IMG/VR virus record: IMGVR_UViG_3300030329_005813
Location: 1-64,000 of that record
Reading direction: 5' to 3' (one strand)
DNA: 64,000 nt
Source of the DNA: a virus
Positions 15,007 to 21,938 of this stretch are shown piece after piece. Below the pieces are notes generated by a model. It saw only the letters and a list, made by a program, of their open reading frames with translations, ran no database searches and was not told the DNA's origin. The position numbers were made by a program, and so were the translations under genes. Position 1 is the stretch's first letter. Each line of letters opens with the position of its first letter.

Positions 15007-15174
15007 TTAAATCTTGATTTCAAAATCTACGATTGAAGAGCCTCTATCTGGATTATCACTCTTTTTTTGTTCGTGCTGGTACGGCTGGGGCGGGGGAAGT
15101 TGAGGTTGAACGCAGGGTCTGTGCTGTCTCCTCCGTTCCTCTTCCTTTACTTTTTCGATAATCCATGGATTCAT
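15007..15174 (-). CDS. Small protein MNPWIIEKVKEEERRR...RGSSIVDFEIKI
   Basis: ACTACTTA motif upstream; Pro-rich middle. Confidence 0.55.
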   Translation of the reverse strand: MNPWIIEKVKEEERRRQHRPCVQPQLPPPQPYQHEQKKSDNPDRGSSIVDFEIKI

Positions 15175-15245
15175 AACTTTGCCCTCTACTTTTAAGTAGT
15201 GAGAAATAACCCAAGCTTCCATCTAGGTTTTCACGAAGAAGCAAC

Positions 15246-15416
15246 TCAGTCCCTCTTCAGGAGAACTAGATTATCTTCTTGAACAATTGAGGTAGTGCCT
15301 CGTTTATTTCCGCTTGTCCACAGAACTTTCCAGCAATACGAGATTGATGGACGCTCGGTGATAATACCCTTAGCGTTGTTTGAACCACGTTTTTGAACAA
15401 TATTACCAATGTGCAT
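15246..15416 (-). CDS. Small SH3/KOW-like protein, 56 aa; not in ORF track
   Basis: MHIGNIVQKR...KGIIT...WKVLW; GAGG RBS. Confidence 0.6.
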   Translation of the reverse strand: MHIGNIVQKRGSNNAKGIITERPSISYCWKVLWTSGNKRGTTSIVQEDNLVLLKRD

Positions 15417-15461
15417 TTTTACCTCTCGGTGATGGGCTGCCGCCCGTTTATTAAGTTAAGA

Positions 15462-15535
15462 TGGGCCTTCTCGGACTCGAACCGAGGACATTCCGGGTAT
15501 GAGCCGGACGCGCTGACCAACTGCGCCAAAGGCCC
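15462..15535 (-). tRNA. tRNA(CAU), Ile2-like or elongator Met
   Basis: GGGCCTT/AAGGCCC acceptor, GCGC/GCGC D-stem, TCCGG-CTCATAC-CCGGA anticodon arm; G1-C72 pair argues against initiator tRNA. Confidence 0.88.
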
Positions 15536-15879
15536 TAAAGGGTGTGTAAACCTGCGTGTACTTCACAATGACAATTATGACACAATAAAATACACTTGTC
15601 AAGTTCTATTTTTAGTTTTTCCCAAGCGACCGACGAACCTTTAGAACCTATTCCAAAACTCTTGGTCGATGGGTCGATATGGTGAAAACACAATGCTTGT
15701 ATACATTTATTGTATCCACATATTTGACAGCTTCCACCTTTATATTGAATACTCCTTACCTTGCTTCTTGTTCTGCTTTCATTTACATGACACGTATTGC
15801 ATTTATTTTTTGTATATCCTTTTTTCCTAAGTTCTTTGCTGTATTTATATTGTTTATTACATTTACCACACTGATTCAT
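15535..15879 (-). CDS. HNH homing endonuclease
   Basis: CQICGY...LCFHHIDP...CILLCHNCHCEVH; AAGGAG RBS; stop codon overlaps tRNA G1. Confidence 0.88.
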   Translation of the reverse strand: MNQCGKCNKQYKYSKELRKKGYTKNKCNTCHVNESRTRSKVRSIQYKGGSCQICGYNKCIQALCFHHIDPSTKSFGIGSKGSSVAWEKLKIELDKCILLCHNCHCEVHAGLHTL

Positions 15880-15923
15880 CTTTTGTTCTCCTTGCGTAGT
15901 AAATAGTATGTCATAGCAAAAAG

Positions 15924-15950
15924 TACTCTGACCAACTGAGCTAAAGGCCC
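15924..15950 (-). pseudogene. Orphan 5' fragment of the same tRNA (acceptor strand plus D arm)
   Basis: GGGCCTTTAGCTCAGTTGGTCAGAGTA versus intact copy GGGCCTTTGGCGCAGTTGGTCAGCGCG. Confidence 0.8.
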
Positions 15951-15958
15951 TTTAAATC

Positions 15959-16168
15959 TCATCTACCAGCCCATCGAGCGTCCTTCAACGTCATCATCGG
16001 CTGGTAAGCTCCCTTATTGAAAGCTGGGGCGGAGCAACGTGCTCGGTGTTGTGCGAGCTTGTTGGCGTCCACGTCGCCACAATCGAGGCAAGTTGTGTAA
16101 CCAAGTTGAGCGCGTTTGATATTGTATTCCTCGCCGCACTCGCTACAATGTACGATGTTCCTGCTCAT
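15959..16168 (-). CDS. TraR/DksA-type C4 zinc-finger-like small protein
   Basis: CSECGEEYNIKRAQLGYTTCLDC. Confidence 0.6.
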   Translation of the reverse strand: MSRNIVHCSECGEEYNIKRAQLGYTTCLDCGDVDANKLAQHRARCSAPAFNKGAYQPMMTLKDARWAGR

Positions 16169-16181
16169 TCTTCGTTCTCCT

Positions 16182-16406
16182 TCAAACTGGTGGTTCGCCA
16201 CAGCGAACCTCCACTACCCCATCAACATACAAGAAGTAAAACACGTCCTGCTCGCTCACTTCACAGGGTAGCAGAAGGGCAGGGATGTCAAAGCGGCGAA
16301 TCTCGTTGTTAGTGCTAGTTATCTCGACGTGAACGACGCCGTTGTCAATCGAGTCAATCGTCCCAATACATAGAACAGAAACCAAAGCTGTTTGTAAGTA
16401 ATTCAC
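16182..16406 (-). CDS. Small beta-barrel-like hypothetical protein
   Basis: ORF track; AGGAG RBS. Confidence 0.55.
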   Translation of the reverse strand: MNYLQTALVSVLCIGTIDSIDNGVVHVEITSTNNEIRRFDIPALLLPCEVSEQDVFYFLYVDGVVEVRCGEPPV

Positions 16407-16424
16407 TGTTTTCTCCTGGGTTAT

Positions 16425-16865
16425 TTAACCATCAATCGGGGACCAATCGCCCATGAACGCTGAAATAACAACTTTCTTGTCATCATTTGGACTGGCAATC
16501 TCCAGGTAGTCTGCCTCTAATTCTTGATGACCAAACAGCCTCATAGTGCATCCATCCAAACTTTTACGAAGATAATCGCGGTGGATCCAAAGAGAATCGT
16601 ACTTCTCTTTCACAACGTCAGGGCACTGAGTATCGACTATCTCCGAAGGAATGGCGACGTCGCCAGTGAGCGATTCCAAAACCCAGTCAAAACCTTCAAG
16701 ATCGAAGGTATCCTCAACTGGGCCACCCTCCCACTGGGCGCATCTAATAGGTTCAAGCTTTCTTTCAATGTACAACTCCCAAGAGGATGCATCATTAGTG
16801 CGACTCCATCGATCAGATCGCATATGAGTTTGGGCGACGTGGTTGAAAAATTCTTCTCTGTTCAT
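16425..16865 (-). CDS. Hypothetical protein
   Basis: AAGGAG RBS, own promoter. Confidence 0.7.
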   Translation of the reverse strand: MNREEFFNHVAQTHMRSDRWSRTNDASSWELYIERKLEPIRCAQWEGGPVEDTFDLEGFDWVLESLTGDVAIPSEIVDTQCPDVVKEKYDSLWIHRDYLRKSLDGCTMRLFGHQELEADYLEIASPNDDKKVVISAFMGDWSPIDG

Positions 16866-16891
16866 AGCTCAATCTCCTTGTTTGCCCCATA

Positions 16892-16947
16892 ATTATACCA
16901 CCTGTGGGGCGTCAGGTCAACAGTTAAATTGTCAAGTAAATGTCAAG
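16892..16947 (-). promoter_or_regulatory. Early promoter with tandem upstream element
   Basis: TTGACC-17-TATAAT; TGTCAAG-TAAA-TGTCAAG at 16930-16947. Confidence 0.8.
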
Positions 16948-17326
16948 GCCCTTCCGCGTAGACAATACCGTAGTCCGTGAAGTACTCACGCGGATTATCG
17001 TCGGAAATGTAGCCTCGAATCGCCGTTTTCGTCCGTGTCTCGGGTGCCTTGTAAGTGGCAGCACGGAAGATAGCTCCGTCTTTTCGGCGTACAAAGCCAA
17101 AAATATTAGATCTAGTGATTCCCTTGACGTAATCAATATCAAAACCGGTGGCTATTTCCTCCGTATCGATAAAGATTTTCCAGTATACTCGCCCCTTTAC
17201 GGCGCGAGCCTTGTATCTGGCCTGACGAAGGCTAAGTTCAGACCGGCGATCTTGACAATCCTGGATAAGGTTCATAAAACGGTCAAAATACCACTCTATC
17301 TCTTCTGGCGGTCGATCCATTGTCAT
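16943..17326 (-). CDS. Conserved phage protein (FVRRKDGAIFRAATYKAP motif)
   Basis: Resembles a motif recalled from T4-like phage proteins (FVD..TG..KAA.WKAP). Confidence 0.7.
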   Translation of the reverse strand: MTMDRPPEEIEWYFDRFMNLIQDCQDRRSELSLRQARYKARAVKGRVYWKIFIDTEEIATGFDIDYVKGITRSNIFGFVRRKDGAIFRAATYKAPETRTKTAIRGYISDDNPREYFTDYGIVYAEGP

Positions 17327-17760
17327 CCCATACTGTACGCGATAGTGGGGCGGAAACCTAGCTTTTTAACGATGTTTTCGCCAATGGCCTCGATTTCAAA
17401 CGGACCTTCTTCGAAGTGCTCGGACGGATCTTCTTTATACAGGTCCAACCACTCTTCTAGGGAGTTGACCTTCCTACTGCCCGGTCCAGCCGGCCTTCCA
17501 AGAGCCCACTGCATAAGGTTTTCGGCTCCCAGGATCTCGACGGCTTCGCGAGGGTCAGACTCAATATAATCGCGCCAATACTCACGGGCGTGATCTCCAG
17601 CTTGCTCCTCATCTTCAAAGACGCAGAAACTGTGGCCGTAGGTTCCGCAACTGGGGATTTCGATGATTGCTCCGATGGCGAACGAATCGCCGCAATCCTC
17701 CTCCCTCACGACAAAAAACTGAGCGCCACTAAAGTCTTGATCAAATTTGATAAACGACAC
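17323..17760 (-). CDS. Acidic hypothetical protein
   Basis: GGAGG RBS with GTG start. Confidence 0.65.
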   Translation of the reverse strand: MSFIKFDQDFSGAQFFVVREEDCGDSFAIGAIIEIPSCGTYGHSFCVFEDEEQAGDHAREYWRDYIESDPREAVEILGAENLMQWALGRPAGPGSRKVNSLEEWLDLYKEDPSEHFEEGPFEIEAIGENIVKKLGFRPTIAYSMG

Positions 17761-17781
17761 TATCCCTCCGAATGTGTACAC

Positions 17782-17838
17782 ATTATAGCACGAGCCTCGC
17801 GCTCGTGTCTACAAAAAAGTTGTCAAGAGAATGTCAAG
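17782..17838 (-). promoter_or_regulatory. Early promoter with tandem upstream element
   Basis: TAGACA-18-TATAAT with extended TG; TGTCAAG-AGAA-TGTCAAG at 17821-17838. Confidence 0.75.
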
Positions 17839-18010
17839 CAACTGCTTCTTCGCTTGTCATCCACCACAAAATTAGGTGTTCAAACTTGACTTCCGGGTAT
17901 TTTTGGGCCATAAGATCATCGATAATATCGATAATTTCCCCCGCGTCTTTGATCTCTTCATCGGAAAAAACTAGATTTGAATGCACTTTTTTGTCCTTTT
18001 TATCATCCAT
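17834..18010 (-). CDS. 58-aa hypothetical protein; not in ORF track
   Basis: GGAGG RBS; manual translation MDDKKDKKVHSNL... Confidence 0.5.
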   Translation of the reverse strand: MDDKKDKKVHSNLVFSDEEIKDAGEIIDIIDDLMAQKYPEVKFEHLILWWMTSEEAVA

Positions 18011-18100
18011 GAAGAGACAACCCTCCCTTCACGTACATAAATGTAACCACTTGGCGGCTCGTCGTCAAGAGTGATTTACATTTTGTTGACATTTTCCCCC

Positions 18101-19054
18101 CTACTTCGGAATTGTCATACGTTCATCGTAGGCTTTCGCCTTAAGGTCCGATAATCTACTTAGCTCCTCGCTTCTTCTTAATACCTTGAAAGATAAGTTT
18201 TCAACTGAATATTGGCCTGTGCCCTCCAGGCCGGATCGACGCATATTTCGGATTTTGGCCTTCAAACGGTCAATTGCATCAAGTACCTCGTCGCCTTCTT
18301 CGTCTGCCATCATCTTTTCAATATGCGAGATTCTATCTGATATATCCTGAGCTTTTTTCTCCACGTTGGCGTAATCGATACTAACTGGTTCTGGGGTGGG
18401 TTTCGTTATCCATTCATCATTTTGGATCGAGTATATACCAGTTGAAAGGTGCGGTTCGTTAGAATCTTGAAAGTATATTTCTACCTCATAGCCCTTCATA
18501 TAGATATCGTGGCGGTTGTTCCAGTTTGTCTGAAGATTTCTAAATAGTTCTTTTACAAGCTCGATATTTTCGTCAATCGTTTCGAAATCAAGAACGATAT
18601 GTAAATCTATATCAGAGTATTTAGACCAGTTATAGTTGGCCAAAGAGCCGGTCAAAGTTATGTCTTCGGGATTTACGTCAAACTCTAAATCAACAAGGAA
18701 ATCACTAACAATTTTTAATAATGCTTGTCGAACCTCTGGATTTAGTTTATCGGCTTGCCACACTTCAGGCTCCAAAGTGTCGTGGACCTCGAATGATTTT
18801 AAAGCATCGGCCTGTATTTTCTCTTGCAAGCCTTCAAAACGCAAATGTGAAGTGCCAAATCTTTGCACATTACCGACAAATGGGCTTCCTGACTTAACAT
18901 TTTCGTGGCCGGAGGATCTGGTATACACGTCGTTTCTTTTACGACGAGCTTTCATTTTCTTCTGAAACGGGCTCGTAAGTTGACTTTGCTCCTTGGCTTC
19001 TGTCAACCTTTGAAAGTTTTTCCATTTGCGTTCAAAAGACATAATGATTCTCAC
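18101..19054 (-). CDS. Pol-beta superfamily nucleotidyltransferase
   Basis: LTGSLANYNWSKYSDIDLHI (hGS...DxD) plus a third acidic residue in EVEIY. Confidence 0.85.
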   Translation of the reverse strand: MRIIMSFERKWKNFQRLTEAKEQSQLTSPFQKKMKARRKRNDVYTRSSGHENVKSGSPFVGNVQRFGTSHLRFEGLQEKIQADALKSFEVHDTLEPEVWQADKLNPEVRQALLKIVSDFLVDLEFDVNPEDITLTGSLANYNWSKYSDIDLHIVLDFETIDENIELVKELFRNLQTNWNNRHDIYMKGYEVEIYFQDSNEPHLSTGIYSIQNDEWITKPTPEPVSIDYANVEKKAQDISDRISHIEKMMADEEGDEVLDAIDRLKAKIRNMRRSGLEGTGQYSVENLSFKVLRRSEELSRLSDLKAKAYDERMTIPK

Positions 19055-19260
19055 TCAGACATAAAGTAGTCGTAATAACTCTTGAAAGAAGCTGCGAACT
19101 CTGGGACATCTCTGGCAACACCCTGGAGCACCTGCTTGACCAGATCGAGGCTGCCCAAATCATCAATTAACCCTGCAAGATCAACCTCCTCATCGGCTTC
19201 GTCCATTCTTCCAAGCTCCTCTTTGATGATTTGCTTAAGCTGTTCTTTTGTAACTTTCAT
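19051..19260 (-). CDS. Small putative head-packaged protein
   Basis: MKVTKEQLKQIIKEEL N-terminus. Confidence 0.65.
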   Translation of the reverse strand: MKVTKEQLKQIIKEELGRMDEADEEVDLAGLIDDLGSLDLVKQVLQGVARDVPEFAASFKSYYDYFMSE

Positions 19261-19426
19261 TTTTCACTGCTTCCTTTATTTCTTTGTAAAGTTCGTTGTC
19301 ATATATGACATGACTTTTCACTAAATCAAGCAACCGCTTGAGGTTTTTGTTTTCTTCTATAAGCTTTGAAACGTTAATATCGTCTCCCTTAGATGGTCTG
19401 ATTGGTGGTTCGCCCTCGCAGAACAT
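19235..19426 (-). CDS. Hypothetical protein
   Basis: ORF directly after an ACTATTTA motif. Confidence 0.55.
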   Translation of the reverse strand: MFCEGEPPIRPSKGDDINVSKLIEENKNLKRLLDLVKSHVIYDNELYKEIKEAVKNESYKRTA

Positions 19427-19438
19427 ATAATAAATAGT

Positions 19439-20473
19439 CTAAAACTCTTCTTGACGACCATCCGACCAAGTAATAATAGTTTTGTTTGTAGGGTGAGGAT
19501 TGATGTGAACGCGTTTAAAGTCCTCGATGCTCTCAAAGATGGCTATCGAGCCCTTGGGAGTGGGGGTAAGCCAATGCAGTACCACCTGCCCGGTGGCGTA
19601 CTGAACGCCCTCTATGACCACCCCAGTCCCCGATATGCCGCTCTCATCTCCCTGCCTACAAATAGTAAACGTCTCGATGCCACGAGGGGCAAACTTCGTA
19701 GGGGGCTTAGGTTTAAGTGCTTCTGCGTCTGTTTTAACAACTTCAGCCGAAGGAGGGCCAACGAGGATTTCCCAGGTATGTCTATAGTCTTTGACCTTTT
19801 CAAATGCGTCAGTCTCATTAAGTTCTTTAAGAACTGGATAATCATTTCCGCCGGGTTGGAGCTTATCTCCAAAGAAATGAATGGAGCAGCCATCGTGCCA
19901 CTCTCTTAAATAAGGGATTGAACGAGACTTATCATATCCGCTTGGACTAACATCAATACTAATCTGGCCACCAACATTAAAAGTTAAGTCTTCATACTTT
20001 TTACGCAGAATAGAAACTATTTTTTCTCTTTCGCCCGCCTCTTTGTCCCAACTAGCATATTCTTCTCTTTGTTCTAAATTGCAGTTACGACCAATGGTAC
20101 TAAAATTAATCATACCGGTTCTTTGTTCAATGTGATTGCCGGTTTTAACTGGACAGTCCGAACTCTGAACAAACAAATTTAGATCGTTTAGTAGCATTTC
20201 GGATGGTTCAAAAACGCCCCTATACTCTACCTTTTCTTGGCCAAAGTTATCTTGACTTTGCCAAAATGCATTTCCAGAACAAGTAAAGATACCATAGCAT
20301 AAACGCAAGATATCCTCTGGAACTTGCTCCAGCACCTTAACCCAGTCTGAGCCCGTGCTTAAATATACAATATTTTCTTTACAAAACTCTCTAAAGAACT
20401 CGGCGAAGTCTTCAACCATAAGCTGTCTGGCGGGAGTTAAAGTCCCGTCAATATCAAATAAGTATATTTTCAC
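19439..20473 (-). CDS. Eukaryote-type phosphomannomutase (HAD-IIB) fused to an extra C-terminal domain
   Basis: FDIDGTLTPAR, TGSD, IEQRTGMINFSTIGRNC, GGQISIDV, FFGDK..PGGNDY. Confidence 0.85.
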   Translation of the reverse strand: MKIYLFDIDGTLTPARQLMVEDFAEFFREFCKENIVYLSTGSDWVKVLEQVPEDILRLCYGIFTCSGNAFWQSQDNFGQEKVEYRGVFEPSEMLLNDLNLFVQSSDCPVKTGNHIEQRTGMINFSTIGRNCNLEQREEYASWDKEAGEREKIVSILRKKYEDLTFNVGGQISIDVSPSGYDKSRSIPYLREWHDGCSIHFFGDKLQPGGNDYPVLKELNETDAFEKVKDYRHTWEILVGPPSAEVVKTDAEALKPKPPTKFAPRGIETFTICRQGDESGISGTGVVIEGVQYATGQVVLHWLTPTPKGSIAIFESIEDFKRVHINPHPTNKTIITWSDGRQEEF

Positions 20474-20700
20474 TAGGCATCTCCAACTGGCTTAAAAGAC
20501 TTTAATAGTTGTTCTTCAAGCGTATCTTTAATAGTTTCCTGTATTGCTTCGCCAATCGCCTTGCTAGAATTGTCCTGTTCCTCAAGGATAAACCAGAGAG
20601 ATTTATTTTCTTCTCTCAATCTATCTACTTCTTCCTCAAGTTTTTTTATAGTCTGTTTCAGTTCTTCGATTGAATTATCCATAATATAACCTTCCATCAT
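20473..20700 (-). CDS. Coiled-coil hypothetical protein
   Basis: Heptad pattern. Confidence 0.6.
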   Translation of the reverse strand: MMEGYIMDNSIEELKQTIKKLEEEVDRLREENKSLWFILEEQDNSSKAIGEAIQETIKDTLEEQLLKSFKPVGDA

Positions 20701-20733
20701 AAATAGTATAACTCAATCGAAATGAACTGTCAA

Positions 20734-21441
20734 CTAAAGACTAAGATTCATATCCAAAAGATCAAAGTTTAGTTTCCATATTGGAACGATAATGACGACA
20801 TCCTCGATAATATCGGGCATGCCTAAGAATCCTTCGCCGACTTCAAGCGCTATAAGAATTCCCACTAAACGACCCTTGCTATCGAAAACAGACGAGCCTG
20901 AGGCGCCGGACCACCCATAAGAGTGCATATAAACATATCCTTTTGGATGAACGCCAGCTATGTATCCTTCGATTGTAAGCAGGCTAGAGTTGTTTGGATA
21001 TCCAGAATATACCACGTCTGTTCCGATCTCCACATTCCTCTTGGAAACTGCTCTAAGCTTAATAGGCTTGACCCTCATATCCTCCTTGACCACCAAGACA
21101 GCCATATCGTTTAGCGTATCTAAGTATCTAACGGAAGTTTTAAAAAACTGGCCGCCGGTGCTAACTGTGACGTGATTGCCCCAGTCACCAACAACGTGGG
21201 CCGCTGTCAAAATAATCGTTTTACCTTTATAACTTAAGATGGTTCCGGTGCCGACGGAGCGACCCTTTGGCCTCTCAGCATACACCTTAACCGTTGATCT
21301 TCTGCTATCTCCAGCAATCCGAGTTGTTGACCTAGCAATTTGAATCTGTTCAGATTCTGAAGTGTCGCTGCAAACTTCATAAGATGCCGAGTGACACGAA
21401 ATTAACAAAAGAGATAATAATCCCCTAAATAAGTATCTCAT
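20734..21441 (-). CDS. Trypsin-like serine protease with lipoprotein-type signal
   Basis: LLLISC, LTAAHV, NDMAVL, GASGS. Confidence 0.85.
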   Translation of the reverse strand: MRYLFRGLLSLLLISCHSASYEVCSDTSESEQIQIARSTTRIAGDSRRSTVKVYAERPKGRSVGTGTILSYKGKTIILTAAHVVGDWGNHVTVSTGGQFFKTSVRYLDTLNDMAVLVVKEDMRVKPIKLRAVSKRNVEIGTDVVYSGYPNNSSLLTIEGYIAGVHPKGYVYMHSYGWSGASGSSVFDSKGRLVGILIALEVGEGFLGMPDIIEDVVIIVPIWKLNFDLLDMNLSL

Positions 21442-21491
21442 AATATTTTCCCCCTATATTAACTAGGGGGCTTTTTATGAAAAGACTTTAA

Positions 21492-21938
21492 TCAATTGGG
21501 TTTAGAACGCCAATATTGATGCTCAGCTTCGATAACAGCATGAAGATACCTTCTACCTAGATTATATTGTTTTGCCTCTTCAGGACTAATCCACTTATAA
21601 TCAACATGTTCATCACTTAAAGCGATTTGGCCAGACCATTCTTTGATAATATAAAACCGCGTGTTTTTGCTAAGCATGAACCAACTTGGAGCGCGAGGAA
21701 TCGTAAGGCTTGTTTCTTCCTTAATTTCTCTCGCAAGACCTTGAACATTTTTTTCGCCCTTTTCAATGTGGCCCCCGGGTAAATCCCATTCCCAAGGTGA
21801 CGCGTCGGACACCATTTTCGGAGATCTTTTCAATATCAATACATCTCCAGACTCATTAAACATCACCGCTTTTGAAACTCTTGGCATATCTTCGCTCTCC
21901 TGAAGATAACTATTCCAGCTTTTCATGAAACGCTTCAT
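21492..21938 (-). CDS. NUDIX hydrolase
   Basis: GGHIEKGE....GLAREIKEETSL Nudix box. Confidence 0.9.
   Translation of the reverse strand: MKRFMKSWNSYLQESEDMPRVSKAVMFNESGDVLILKRSPKMVSDASPWEWDLPGGHIEKGEKNVQGLAREIKEETSLTIPRAPSWFMLSKNTRFYIIKEWSGQIALSDEHVDYKWISPEEAKQYNLGRRYLHAVIEAEHQYWRSKPN

Noticed and set aside
15462-15950. Group I intron splitting a tRNA
   Set aside because: The downstream tRNA is already complete, and the HNH ORF fills almost all the intervening DNA, leaving no room for a ribozyme core
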